NCBI GenBank assembly: GCA_907165135.1
Contig: OU015568.1
Location: 4,712,001 to 4,776,000 of the forward strand
Direction: 5' to 3'
Length of the DNA: 64,000 nucleotides
Origin: Oikopleura dioica
Taxonomy: Eukaryota; Animalia; Chordata
In this document: one piece after another, positions 26,465 through 38,568 of the stretch
How the letters are laid out: every line of letters starts with the position of its first letter
Numbering within the stretch: the stretch's first letter is position 1
Notes under the pieces: model-generated
What the model was told of the DNA's origin: nothing
What the model saw: only the letters and a program-made list of their open reading frames with translations
The model's database searches: none
Program-made: the position numbers and the translations under genes

Positions 26465-27953
26465 TTAGGCTCTAGTTGGAGCCAATTTTTGAGCGTATCG
26501 AGCGAGGGCGACGCCGCCGAGGATGTTCTGTCGATCTTCTTTCGGAATTGCGGGGTAGCGGGCGAAGATGGCGGTGATTTCTTCGACTGGGCAGGTTGTG
26601 TAGAGGTTCAGGTTCAGCATTTTGTGCTTTTTCAGGGCCTGAAATTCGGGCTTTAGAAAAGTTTTGAGATATTTGATGGACTAAGGAGACATTTGAGGAC
26701 ATTTGCAGATGTCTCCAAGTAAAAGAAGACATCCCGAAACATCTGGGTACATTTTCTGATGCCAGATGACATCCAGGCATATTCAGACATCTTTATACAT
26801 CCCCTGACATCGCTACACATCTTGATTCTTCAAGAGAGATCTAAGGGACCCTTTCTACTCCCAGAAAAGCAAGATAAAGTCAACTAACCTTGAGGGTAAC
26901 TTTCGAGGAAATCGGCAGCGCTTTCGTGATTACATTTTCCGGCATCATGAGCGGCTGTTTCTCCAATTTGTACTGTCTAGCCGCATGTAGCCGCGCTTGA
27001 ACAACCATGCATTTGAGCGCAGTAACATCGCCCTCAGGAATCTCGAGTTCTTCAAGCTCTCGGTCAGAAATTCTGGCAAAAACTTGTTCGGAAACGAGGT
27101 TCTCTCGTTGAAGGGTGGAAATGGTGCTTTGGGAGAGTTTTGAAAGCGTCTTTTGGAATTGAATCGGAAAAGCAGCGACTGAGCGGCGTTTTTCAGCGGA
27201 AAAATTCGGAAAGAGCAGATTTCTTCCTTGAAAATCAAGAGCAGTTGGCTCGGAAATTCCAGAGGAACGACCACAGTAACCCGAATCGAAGGAGACGGTG
27301 GAGGAGGAAGCACGATCGGTCTGGAACTCGGCGACGGGCTCGGTCGTGAAAGTGACATCTTCGCCTTGTTGCTCGCTAGAATTGTGCTTAGGATTGATTC
27401 CGAAAAAGTTGGCGGGTCAGACTCGTGACAGCCAAATAGGGGGACTCTTGGGGGGTCTTGCTCGGCTTTGATTGGCAGAAGCGAAACATACAGTATGTTA
27501 CATACTGGCTTCTCTTTGGCTAGCTCAAGACGGGGTTCATTTTTGGCACGTTATTGGAAAATTTAAAGGAACCCCTTTTAAGCAAGCCAATGAGAAGCCA
27601 GTATGTGTCGCTTGAGCCAATCCTAGTCGACCAACCCCCGCAAATAACCCACTGCTTTCGTTTAGGGCCCCGAGGAATCAATTCAGAAATATAAAACTCA
27701 CCAGAACTGCTGTTGCTGTTCAATAAACTCAAATTGCGCTTCCATATCCTCATCCTTCAATCCATAGACCTTGGGCTTGATATCCGCCATGGACATCTTC
27801 GCGGCTTCGTTGAGATCGAGGCCGATCTTCTTGAGAATTCGCGAATAAGTCGCTGAACGAAAAAATTTCATTTTAAAATTATCTGATGGAAAAAATTTTG
27901 GTCCTTGAATTTTTAATTTTACCTGTTGGCGAGACATGTTTGAGCACTGGCAT
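26465..27953 (-). CDS. Uncharacterised protein of about 280 aa with up to three SAM-like repeats, 4 exons
   Basis: In-frame GT-AG exons: MPVLKHVSPT|ATYSRILKKIGLDLNEAAKMSMADIK...|CEQQGED...LSQSTISTLQRENLVSEQVFARISDRELEELEIPEGDVTALK...SSKVTLK|ALKKHKMLNLNLYTTCPVEEITAIF...TRA*. Confidence 0.65.
26670..26825. repeat. 10-bp-periodic GACAT repeat in the last intron of the SAM-like gene
   Basis: About 13 GACAT/TACAT/AACAT-type units in 10-bp phase with one small phase slip near 26785. Confidence 0.8.
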
Positions 27954-28436
27954 CGTGTTTTCTTTTATTGAAAAGAAGACGATCTCTGATTTCAGTCGTT
28001 GTGGAAGAAAGTCTTCGTCGCACGCTCTTTTTACTCTCCATCCTTCGAGGCTGACCAATCGGCGCGCCGCGCGCTGGACTACATAAAGTACGAATTTCCC
28101 GGAGCGAGACGTTTTCGCCAGATGGCGCAGCGGAGCGTATTGATTTTATGAAAATTATTGATGGACCTTTTTTTTCAAGAAATGGTGAAACTCTCAGGCA
28201 ACTTTTATCATTTTGAGTAACAAAAAAATTTACGATAATCGAATCATTCGATCGTGAAAAAATTCTTAGCGGCATTCTTTTCAATAAGGCTCGAATCTGC
28301 CACCACTCGCCCCCTACACTCAGCGTGAGTCCCCCGGGCGGTCTGCCCCCTTGCATGTTGTTTGCCCTTGCTTCACACCTGGCCATGTGCAGAGTACCCC
28401 CTACAGAAAGCGGCAAACCCCATCTGAGCTCGGCAA

Positions 28437-28520
28437 CCTGTGTCCAAAACCTGAGTCAGCGCCTGAAAAACCTAGAAATTCTAGCCATACAGCGCCCCTG
28501 ACTCAGGTTTTGGACACAGG
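28437..28520. repeat. Family A fold-back element with perfect 23-bp TIR
   Basis: CCTGTGTCCAAAACCTGAGTCAG at 28437-28459 and its exact reverse complement at 28498-28520. Confidence 0.85.
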
Positions 28521-28974
28521 CTGCCTGGCCCAGGTTCGATGCCTGAAATGACTGCAGTTTTTGTGGTAGCATTTTCTCTTCAACTCATTTTATTCGTCGA
28601 TAAGTTGAACTAGGTAGGTTAAGATATGTATAATAAGGTCGTTAGTCAACCCATTCTTCGTCAGACAGCTCATCCACAATATGTTTGTTTTCATGAACTT
28701 CAATCTGGCAAATTGAATTGTCGTCATTTTCAAATGCCGTATTTCTTTGTCGAAATTTTCATCTTTTTTAAAATTGAACTTAGTTTTCTATGACATAGAA
28801 AACATTGTTGAGTAAATCGATCCTTGGCGTCATTGTATTTCCAACCATATTAGCAGTTGATCTCAAAAGAATTGCAAACGAGCTTTTCATTTTCGCTGTT
28901 CCTCTGAAAATTTTGTTCTGAAAAATCTAAATCATGCAATTTCTACTCTAGTACTATCTACAGCGTTTGCACAG

Positions 28975-31274
28975 TCAAAGTGTCTCAGCAAGCAGTTGTT
29001 GATTAATGCTATTCAAGGAATACTCCTTGTTGATTTCAGGCAAGGATTTATCGTCCGAGTTTTTCAGCGGCTTGAAATCAAGCTGGCCAGAAATCGGGTC
29101 ATCTGGCATTTTTGCTTCCAGATGGTTGTTTTCCTCTATGATTGCAACTTTTTGCAATGGGTAAAAAACAGGTCTCTGACGAAAAAAGAACTACAGTATC
29201 GAGCTAAATCTACAGCGAGGGAAGGAAAGAGCCTTTACCCACTACCTTGGATGATTTTAACAGACCTGATCACATTGTTCAACCCTTTTACCATCATCGT
29301 TATACATGTTCCAGTGAAGCTAGCGGAGATACAGTAATGAAGAAGAAAGAAAGTAGTGCTACCTGAGACCGAGAATCATCCAAAAGAAAACGCCAATCCT
29401 GTAGATCGCGAAATACATGGTCACGTGCCACGGCCAGACGGATTTTTCGCACTCCAGGGGCATCTTGTCCTTTCCTTCTTTGTAAGGAGTTGGGGAAGGG
29501 ATGATGAGTTCGGTCAAACAAGCGGTAGAGTTGTGAACAGTTCTAGTAAAAGACTTAGCGCTAGAAAAGATGAGTTATTTACGTAGCCAGTCGATCAGGC
29601 GGGCTCATTCGAGGAACATAATCGCCAAACCCGATTTTTGTCAGCGTAATTGTGCAGAAATAAATTGCGTCGAGCATCGTCCAACCCTGATCAAAAGAGA
29701 ATTGAAGTGAGAGAGCGAGAAAATGAACCTCAATTTCGGTGAAAATGAAACTGGGCAAGATAATGAAGAAAACCACTCCGCAGGCGAAATAGATCATTTG
29801 CATCGTGTGGATTTTGATAATTTGGCGCTTCAGCATTTGGTTGATTTTCGTCATGATTGTGATGAGCTGAAATTTCAAGAGTGCATTATTACAAACAAGC
29901 TTACTTTTTTGTCGATCAAATTCGAAATCGACTGAACCAAAATCGCGAAAAGCGGAACTGCGAAAACTGCCAAAAACACGCAAATAACTCTTCCAGCAAA
30001 AGTCCTCGGCACCAAATGACCGTATCCAATCGTCGTCGCCACTGTACCCATGAACAAAATCGTGTTGTCGAGCGACCAGTCCCAGTTGCTATAGCAGCTG
30101 CTTGCCAACTCGCCGTAAGTAACGAGACTGAACTCGACCGTGTCCAAAAGCATCTCGGTTATGTCTTCTCCGCGGACTACGAACTCGGTCTCTCTTTTCA
30201 GAAAGTTACAGTAATTTGTTCTGATGATGTAAGATACCGAAATTTGTTCAACTTGAGTGGGATAGCAACTCGTTTCCAAACATCGATGAATTTGATATGA
30301 ATTTCTTCAATAGTTTATGATTTATAAAATCGATCTTTGAATTTTTTTCGATGTTATAAGGTAGTGACACCCTTAATTTTCTTCGGCAAAAATTGCTTTT
30401 CCCCAAAGAGCTCTTACCAAAAATAATGGATAAGAATGTTTTGGGGAAAATAAGCATTTTTTCGCAGAGAAAATTAAGGGTGTCACTATCTTATTACATT
30501 GAAGATGGTGTTTATGACATCAACTCAAATTGATGAATAAACTGTCCTTCCCCAGCTGCAACCATTTCTTCATTCGTTCGATCAATAATTTCCTGGCTAC
30601 TGTTTCAGAATTATTAATTTCTGATTAGTCTTCTGATTAATTAAAACTCCGAATTGAATTCCGTTCCAGTTATTCCTCGCAATAGCAAAGTAAGCATTCC
30701 CGATTATATCTCCGTTTCTTAATAATCTTAGATCGAATTTGGACGAAAGAAGACTGTTCTTACTTGGATCTGATTGTATCGACGTAGTGGTTGAGCAATT
30801 TGCATAAGCGCACGTGATAGTTGAACTTGTAGAAAGTGTTTCCAACCAATTTGTCTTTCAAAGTTTCAAAAAATATAATTTTCAAAATACTTCATGATTT
30901 CTAGAGAGCATAAATGAAAAGCCGCGTAGCGGCTTTTTCAAAAACGAAGACGCAAAACATAAATTTTGCGATGCCGCTCCGCGGCTAGGTCCTTGAAAAA
31001 GCCGCTGCGCGTCCTTTGGGTCTTGTTTTTCAGAACCTGACTCAGGTTTTCTACTCAGTTTTCAAGCCCAGACCCAAATCCTAGCCCAAATCAAGCCTCT
31101 ATCAACCCTTACCGACCAAATTTGAAACCTTCTTTTATAGTCACGTGCTTCCAACTTCGCCCTCTCGCACATATCCTGCTTATTCTTACTCTCTAGTTTC
31201 TTAAAAAGCAAAGCTCCGATGAACAAGTAGCAGACATAGACGATTCCGAGGGACAAAATTCTCGAAACTTGCAT
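28975..31274 (-). CDS. Two-pore-domain potassium channel (K2P/KCNK family), multi-exon; the 3' end may extend to about 28650
   Basis: M1 [14 protein letters not shown]1 [27 protein letters not shown]2 [16 protein letters not shown]2 [25 protein letters not shown]4 FWMILGLSF. Confidence 0.88.
30356..30494. repeat. Family B hairpin element (TIR GTGACACCCTTAATTTTCT) in a K2P intron
   Basis: Perfect 19-bp TIR at 30364-30382 and 30468-30486, extendable to 27 bp with one mismatch. Additional internal pairing. Confidence 0.8.
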
Positions 31275-31500
31275 ATTTTTTCGTTTTCAGGCTTGCTGTT
31301 AATCAAGTTTTAAAATTGTACGTATGCTCCGAAGGAGAAAATGATGCGAGATGATGGCGCGTTGCTATTTCATGCAACATTTAATTCGTTTTTCGCTCAA
31401 GACGGATAATGGATTTATGAAGAACGAAGGGCTTAATTATGCAAACTTGCGATTACCAATACGAACACGAATGTGTCTACTTATCAAAACTAACGAATCT

Positions 31501-31713
31501 TTATTTAATCAAAAAGAAGAGCATCAGAAGAGCAATGATGAAGGGAGAAGTAGTGGCAATTGTGCAGCCGCCGCAAGGCCATTCGAATGCGTCTTTAAAA
31601 CCGTCACACTGGATGTTCTCTTCCTTGAGCATGGTGTTGATTTCCTTGTAATAGGCTTTCTTCGCGGCTTTCGTAGCAGCTTCGTCATTGATTTGATTAA
31701 CCTGGTCACACAT
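31501..31713 (-). CDS. Small Cys-containing protein with a hydrophobic C-terminus (possible GPI-anchor signal); may have upstream exons
   Basis: ORF MCDQ...CDGFKDAFEWPCGGCTIATTSPFIIALLMLFFLIK*, with typical codon usage and a terminal hydrophobic stretch. Confidence 0.45.
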   Translation of the reverse strand: MCDQVNQINDEAATKAAKKAYYKEINTMLKEENIQCDGFKDAFEWPCGGCTIATTSPFIIALLMLFFLIK

Positions 31714-32405
31714 GTCCGCACTGATATGACTTTTTTAAGTTTTATTAATTATAATCATTATTGGCAATAATTTATTGCCTCGTAGATCTTGTGAATAAGG
31801 TTGAACTTTTCCTCATGACTTGTTGCCAATAATCCGTGGCAACAAGTGATTCCATCATCTCACAACCTTTTGAGATCAGAGTTGAAAATTAAAAAAATAC
31901 AATACACTGTTTGATGTCAGTTTAGCTCAATTTCGAGCTCGACTTCGAAAAAAAAATAATTAAAAATTTGCAACTCAATCTTCATTAAGGGGCTCTTTCT
32001 TTTGAGAGATCTCATTATTGTAGGATACTGGAATCTTATTGTAGGAATAGCTCATTTTTTAAATTTCTTGTACCTCAAAAGTGATCAAAGCGACTTTTAT
32101 ACCCGTTTCTGTGCGAGTGACTGACATTTCAAATGCTGCTATTTAAAGGTCAAAACTCGGAAGTGTTTTCGAGAAAGAGGTATATTTTCTTGTGATTTCT
32201 AAATAGGAATTCTGGTCATGAGCTCATCGAGGGTCCTTAGAATGCAATTTACAGGCATTTGAGAAAAATCATGATGTAATAAAAAGGACGTGTTTGAGCT
32301 AATCATGAAATCTCCTGCGGTGGCGCTGCGGTGATGTAACTTTATAAAGCCTGAAATTTCCAGACATTCCAGTCGGACAAAAAATCAGTTCAAACTTTTT
32401 CCGTC

Positions 32406-33021
32406 ATGAAGTTACTCCCGTTTTTCGCCATTATTTCAGCGCAAAAGCCTCCAGAGCACAAAGTTTTCAAGCTCCAGTCCAAACTCGAGTGGGTAGTTGA
32501 TACTTATTACGCTGATTCTTTTCCAAAATGGAGTGCGGGAATGAAGGCGAAAACAAAACGAGTTGGGCTCAAGTAAGAAATTTTTTGAAAGGAGAAAATT
32601 GAGCTTTTAGACTCGTTGATGAGTACAAACGAAAAATCACCGAAATGGAAAGTGCTTGTTTTGAAGGATCTGGATCAGAAGAAGAGGATAATCGAGCTGG
32701 AGAAGTTCTCAGAAGCAATATTGAAAACTTGAGGTGGGATTTCCATTCTTCGAATTTTTGCCTGAAAAATCATTCATTTCAGATTTGTTCAAGATGACCC
32801 ATGCCGAGGCTCAAAACAACTCACCAGAAACATGATAAAATGGGCGAACGAAAACATTCTCGACTACAACTGTGATGGTTCTCCTAAAGAAGAGCAAGGT
32901 AATTCAATGATGATTTTCTCTTCCTTTACATTTTCTAGGAGAAAACTCAAGAAAAGAGCGGGTCATCAAAAAGTGGGAGAAAATTCAGCGCCGATTTCAG
33001 ACACGAATTGACTGCAATTGA
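32406..33021 (+). CDS. Larvacean-type secreted protein, 4 exons
   Basis: Signal peptide MKLLPFFAIISA. GT-AG exons join in frame to ...KPPEHKVFKLQSKLEWVV...RFVQDDPCRGSKQLTRNMIKWANENILDYNC...KKWEKIQRRFQTRIDCN*. Confidence 0.7.
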
Positions 33022-33165
33022 GACTTTTTTTACCTGTACAAATGAGCATTTTTGTAATAAAAAATGAACCCGATTTGTTCTTCCAGGCTTCTAGAATGGA
33101 GTGCTTCTATATTTTGCTCAGAAAACGACGAGAGCTTGTTTTTGTAGCCAGAGAAAGGGTTGATC

Positions 33166-34840
33166 ATGGCAAAATGTGAGTATTGATTTGCCAACATGAT
33201 GATATTTCAAGTAAACATGATGAGAGAATAGTTTTTGTCAGAAACAACATTTCCGCCTTTTAGTTATTTTGAAATCAACCTCGAAACTTCGAATAACATG
33301 GGACACGATCGTCCTTATCTTCCTCGCCATCGACTTGTTCCTCCTCCCCCTCGGTAAGCTCAGAAATCAAGGAAGAGAACGCTCAATTTTTCTTTCCCCT
33401 TCAGACGCGGCAATGGGCGACCAAGTCCGTCAAATCTACAGCGCTCGATTTTACATCGACATTTTGTTCCTCCTCGATTTGGCGTTGAACTTCAGAACAA
33501 GCGACAAAAGCGACAGGACCAAGATCATCCGCGAGGATTATTTCAAAGGCTGGTTTGTGATTGATTTCTTGTCTTCCTTCCCCTTCGAGTTTCTTTTCTA
33601 CAGACATGTAAGCTGAAGGAACTTAAAAATATCAAGGCTGTTTGTTCTAGCACTCAAGTTTGGAATGGATCGGAAAAATTCTACGATTGCTTCGGCTGAC
33701 TCGACTGTTTCGCTACATGAAGGTACTCAGAAGGTCGATTTTTTCGACTTCTTTTAAAGACACTTTAGAACATCCGGGCAAAAATCCGCTTCGAATACAG
33801 CGTCACCGAAATTTTCTTCAAAATGCTTACCCTTGCCGGTCTCATTCTTATTTGGGGCCACTACGGCGCTTGTCTCCTCATCTTCACTGCAAAAAAATCA
33901 ACCAGCGGTACTCTTCATTTCTTCATCAGAAATCTTTAATTCGTTGCAATAGATGGTCATCGTCCAGAAAACGCAATTTTCACTCCATCGGAAAACATGA
34001 ATTTCAACTGGTACTACGCCAATGATTTGCACGAAGCAACAAAAAGTAATCACCTCCGAAAAATCCCTCTTAAAAACCCTCTTTCAAGCTTTCGGTGAAA
34101 TCTACATAACTGCTCTTTTCAAATCGATGTCCTGCACTCTCACCATCGGATACGGCCTCTACACCCCCGTCAACGAAAGCGACGTGGTTGTAACGATGGT
34201 CGTCATCTTTTTCGGAGCGATTATTTTCGCCCTGATTGTGTCGCAGCTCATCGCGATGATGGATCAAATCAATGTTGGATCGCTCAAATTCAAGGTAAAA
34301 AAATTTCTGAAAAAAAACCATAAAGTAGATAAAAGACTGATAAAATCTATTTTTTTTCTGTGTATCTTTATTTTTGATAGAACAAAATAACTTCGTTTGA
34401 TCTTCTTCTTCCGACAAGGCCTAAACAGAATTTTAAAAAGAGAAACCTCTTATTCATTTCATTCAAATCCTCTTCTAGCGGCATTTGCAAGAAGTTGGTG
34501 ATTACCTCCGATTCAACCGAATCCCCAAGCCATTGAGACAATCTGTCCGAGAATTCTACGGTAACTCCCTTGTTACCCACTTCAATAAGTCCTCTCATAT
34601 CAGATGTCCACTATAAAAAGCGAATCTTCGACGAAGCATCGATCCTCAAAGAACTGAATCCACTGCTCTCCGAAGAGGTCCGAAACTGTGGCAGAATCGA
34701 CAGCGGTAAGTCCAAGAAAATCAGCGCTTTTTTGCGCAAAAATCCGGCTGTTATCGTGAAAAGGTTTTTTTCCTTGATCAAAAGACCATGAACCCGAACG
34801 ACTCGAGTCTTCGACATGAAAAATGGACGACATGCTTTTG
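33166..34840 (+). CDS. HCN-like (KCNH/CNG superfamily) cation channel, S1-S6 plus C-linker; 3' end uncertain
   Basis: KLRITWDTIVLIF (S1), DILFLLDLALNFRT (S2), WFVIDFLSSFPFE (S3), KILRLLRLTRLFRY (S4), ALFKSMSCTLTIGYG (pore), EVGDYLRFNRIPKPLRQSVREFY..IFDEASILKELN (C-linker). Confidence 0.82.
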
Positions 34841-35499
34841 ACAAATGATGGCTGATGACGCAATATCCACCGGGAAAGAGATAAGGGGGGAGAGGTTCAG
34901 AAGAGTTTACAAGTTATTACGTAATCTTCATCCATTCTTTTATCAGTTTGAACTTGGAGACACCCTTAGGTGAAAATTCACTAATTCGCCTCTCCGAAAA
35001 AGACCTTCCCGACTCGAAAATGGAATTGGAAATGTCTGATAGACAGTGTCAATGTCTACTAGACATGGATTTGAATGCTGAGATTTCTGCGTATCGCAAT
35101 GACACCCTTAATTTTTTTTCTGTTTTATGAATTTTATTTCAAGAAAGAATCCCTAGCTGTGCAGGTGTGTTTAAATAAATACAGTCAGAAATACTGTAAA
35201 AGGTGATTTTTCTTACTTTGAAAGTTGTTTTTGTTTTCTTTGTTTCGTTTTTTTGTTGTTTTTTGCGATTCTGTTGAAAAAGAAGCGGCTAGCCGTGGCA
35301 GGAGATAGAAAATAGTAATAAAAAGAAGGAAGTAAAAGTTGGAGGTACAAGACACAGAAAGATTTCTTAACCCTGGCGAACCTAAGCTATCGTAGAGAGA
35401 CGTCCCCTTTTCGCGCCTTTTTTCTTGTTTTGACGGCAATAATGAAGAAAGTCTGAAGAAGAAATCGTTAATTAATGCTTAATCGGAGATTTCAAGAAT

Positions 35500-35728
35500 A
35501 TTTAACAAAGCGACACCCTTATTTTTCAATAAAACTCTAGATAAAGATTGAAGCTTTCTTTCGGTATGATAAATAAGGGTATCCCGATGTTAACTCTTGA
35601 AAGCTTTAACGGAGATCTCGAAAAAGATTTAACAAAGTGACACCCTTATTTTTTCAAATTGAAAAAAGATAATCTATCTTAAATGAAGATTCAACCTTTC
35701 TTTGGGTACATTTTAATAAGGGTGTCAT
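35500..35728. repeat. Two tandem family B hairpin units
   Basis: TTTAACAAAG(C/T)GACACCCTTATTTT at 35501 and 35628, each closed by AATAAGGGT(A/G)TC about 75-90 bp later. Confidence 0.7.
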
Positions 35729-35843
35729 TCCGTTTATTCTTCTAGAAAAAAACGAGCCTCCAAAAGTCCTTTTTTGGGATCTGGCTTTGCGGCTCAGTTC
35801 CGGGATAAAACATTTTACTAAGTTATTTGAAGAAAACTCACAA

Positions 35844-37162
35844 TTATAAATTGGCTGAGGTATGATTGTTGAATTCTCCGAAACCAGAGTCGGCAGTGTT
35901 TGTTCGGGATCGGAAGTCCTTTTCTGACTGGCTCGGAACTTTGACAAAAACGGGGTCGAGGAACTCCAAGTCACGTGCCACCGTCTTCGGGATCAATTCG
36001 AATGTCGATGTCGAAAAATTCCAGCGCTGTTCTGCGCGGATTTCTTCTTTCTCGAAAAGACTGTCCAAGAGCTCATCCACTGAAAAGCTTAAATTTAGAC
36101 TGCAGGTCAAGGAAGGGGATAATTTATTTGATTATGTAACCATGACAAAATGCAAAAAAAGAGAAAAAAGGTAAGTAGGCCAGGGCCTCTCACGTGAGAC
36201 GATTCTATTTGTGGAACTCATTGAAATACTTCTATTCAAGGTGAAAAACTTCAATCAAGGAGGACAAATTGTAAGCTCTTTTGATGATTTTTAAGGGAGT
36301 AGACCTTAATAAACTCGATTTTTCTTCTGATGTTTGCGAGGAAAATAACTTAGTTACACCCTTAATTTGTCACTAGAAATTTTCGTACAAATGGCGATGA
36401 AAAAATGAGACAATTATGATTTTTGAAAACAAGAAATTCGACAAAATTTTAGACAGAAAGGGGGAGGAGCCTAAGCGTTTAGCCTGAAGGTTATTGAAGT
36501 GAAAGATCAGGGTCATAAATCATCCAGTGCTTAAGAAAAGTAGACAGCTCAGAGTCTTTGGCTTTGAAACCTTTGTAAAAATCTAATAAAAAAATGGCGA
36601 GATTAAAAAATACGATTTTATGATCAATTTTGAAGAAAGAATAATCTTTCGCCGGCGAAATAATTTATTGCCAATAAATCTTTCAATCAAGCCCGGGCCG
36701 GCAAGGTCAACGAGGACAAATCAGCCGGCGCTGTCTTTTCATTTTCCTTTTTTTATTTTCAAAAAGAACGAATTGGAACGTGTTATGTAACGAATGGGTT
36801 TGCTTTTGAGTTTTAAATTCACGTGAGAAGCTGAATTCCTGTGGTTTTTTGGCCGAAGGCTAACTTAAGCCCTGCTTTTTGATAATAACGATAAAGGGAG
36901 CTAACAAAGTGATACCCTTCATTTTCATTTCACCGACAGTCTTTAAACGTTCAAAATGGACTTTCTGGCTTTTTGCCAAGACATAATTGCCCTCAGAAAA
37001 CATGTTGTTTCTCAAAATAAAAAAATAAGGGACTTGATTCTTACCATTTTCTGGAGGCCCAAGCTCGGCGAAAAGGGTTTCGCCCTGGTAGTCTGACCCT
37101 GCCGAGCCGCCGATTTCGATAGTCTGTAGTCTCTCAGAAGTTGAAATTTCACCGTCACTCAT
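35844..37162 (-). CDS. Probable multi-exon gene of unknown function; strand and exon structure not fully resolved
   Basis: First exon MSDGEISTSERLQ...PPEN|GTAAG and last exon FSVDELLDSLFEKEE...NTADSGFGEFNNHTSANL* look coding. Middle exons are ambiguous, and plus-strand donor sites also occur. Confidence 0.35.
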
Positions 37163-38373
37163 AATTTTTTTCGAATTTCTCGATTTCTAAAAATAGAAAA
37201 AATTATTTTTTTTGTCAAAATTATATTTTTTTTTTACTAAAATAATAAATAAAAATTTTAATAATTTTTTTCAGTGTTTTAATAATTTTTCTTCAGAAAT
37301 ATAAATTTTGCCAAAATTTGTTTTTTTTTCATAATTGGTGTAAAAAAATCAATCCGTCTCTATAACTGTCGAATTGAGAGAGAAAAAAGGAAAAAATAAT
37401 TTCAAGTAGCGCTCAGAATGTGGCGCCACTCCTGGGTGCTTTCTACCACGTGATCGCTTTCCGTGAGAGCGTCACTGCCTACGCGCAGAAACAGAGACAT
37501 CTGAATTAACTTATCAGACAATTTTTAATTTTTACTTTTAAAAACTTTCTTTAACTTTTATCGAAAATAATTAAATATTTCAAGAATAAGAATAATAATA
37601 TTTTTATGATCAATTTTTCTTGTAAAATAATTTTTCCCTGAAATCGATTTTCCGTGAAATCACCTTTTCCGCAATTCACGAAAATCCAGGTTTACGGAAA
37701 ATACCATCAATTGAAAATCGAGCTCAAGGAAAATCGAGTTCATGGAAAATCAAATCGTCCAATTCAGCACATAACTTTTGACATTCTCTTTTTTCAAAAA
37801 AAAATGTTCGTGAAAGAATGCAGAAAATTGTCTCTCTAAAATTCACGTCGCGAAAAACTGCTGCTTTCACTTGAAACTCGGCTCTCCATTCGTCTAGAAA
37901 GCGGCAGTCTTTGAGACTACCGCGCCTGTCAGACCTACTGTCTCTCCGTCTCCCCCTTTTTTCGCGCCACTTCCGCTTTTGATTTCAAAACAAACCCTTT
38001 TTAGCAAAAATCGTAAACGTGAGTTTAAAACAATAAAAATGCCAATTTGAATTTGACCAAGTTGACGACTTTGAATTCATAAAAAAGCTGTCAAGCGCTG
38101 CGTAAATCAAACAAATCTTCGGCTGATCAAAAAAGCATGAAAATTTGATGATTCCGTTTTGACAAATGCTGAAAATCCATCAATTCTCATTCTTTTTCGA
38201 GGGCCGTTTCTAGGAATTTCGAGAAAAGGGCGCTCTTTATTGATAATTTTCTTCAAGAGCCACTTGAGTGGCGATTTTGATTTTACTCCAGAATCGGCTG
38301 ATTGACCTTTTTCACCTTTTACTGATGAAATTTTGCGACCTGAATCAGGAAGAATGTATACAGCGCTCGAAAA

Positions 38374-38508
38374 CCTGTGTGGAAAACCTGAGTTAGGGTC
38401 CTGAAAAAGCTCTGAGAAAATCCGCTTATCGGCCTCGTTTTTAATGAAGCTGCTCCGCGGCTTTTGTCCGAGCTCTTCCGGGACCCTGAGTCAGGTTTTG
38501 CACACAGG
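38374..38508. repeat. Family A fold-back element
   Basis: CCTGTGTGGAAAACCTGAGTTAGGGTCC...GGACCCTGAGTCAGGTTTTGCACACAGG, with GCGGCTTTT inside. Confidence 0.8.
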
Positions 38509-38568
38509 TTGACAAGCCGAGACTGTTTTTGCTGTATTTTTTAATCAAAAACAACGTAATCGTAACTT

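Noticed and set aside
36700-36730. LVDLAG kinesin-like motif on the minus strand
   Set aside because: An isolated hexapeptide preceded by a stop, with no other motor-domain motifs.
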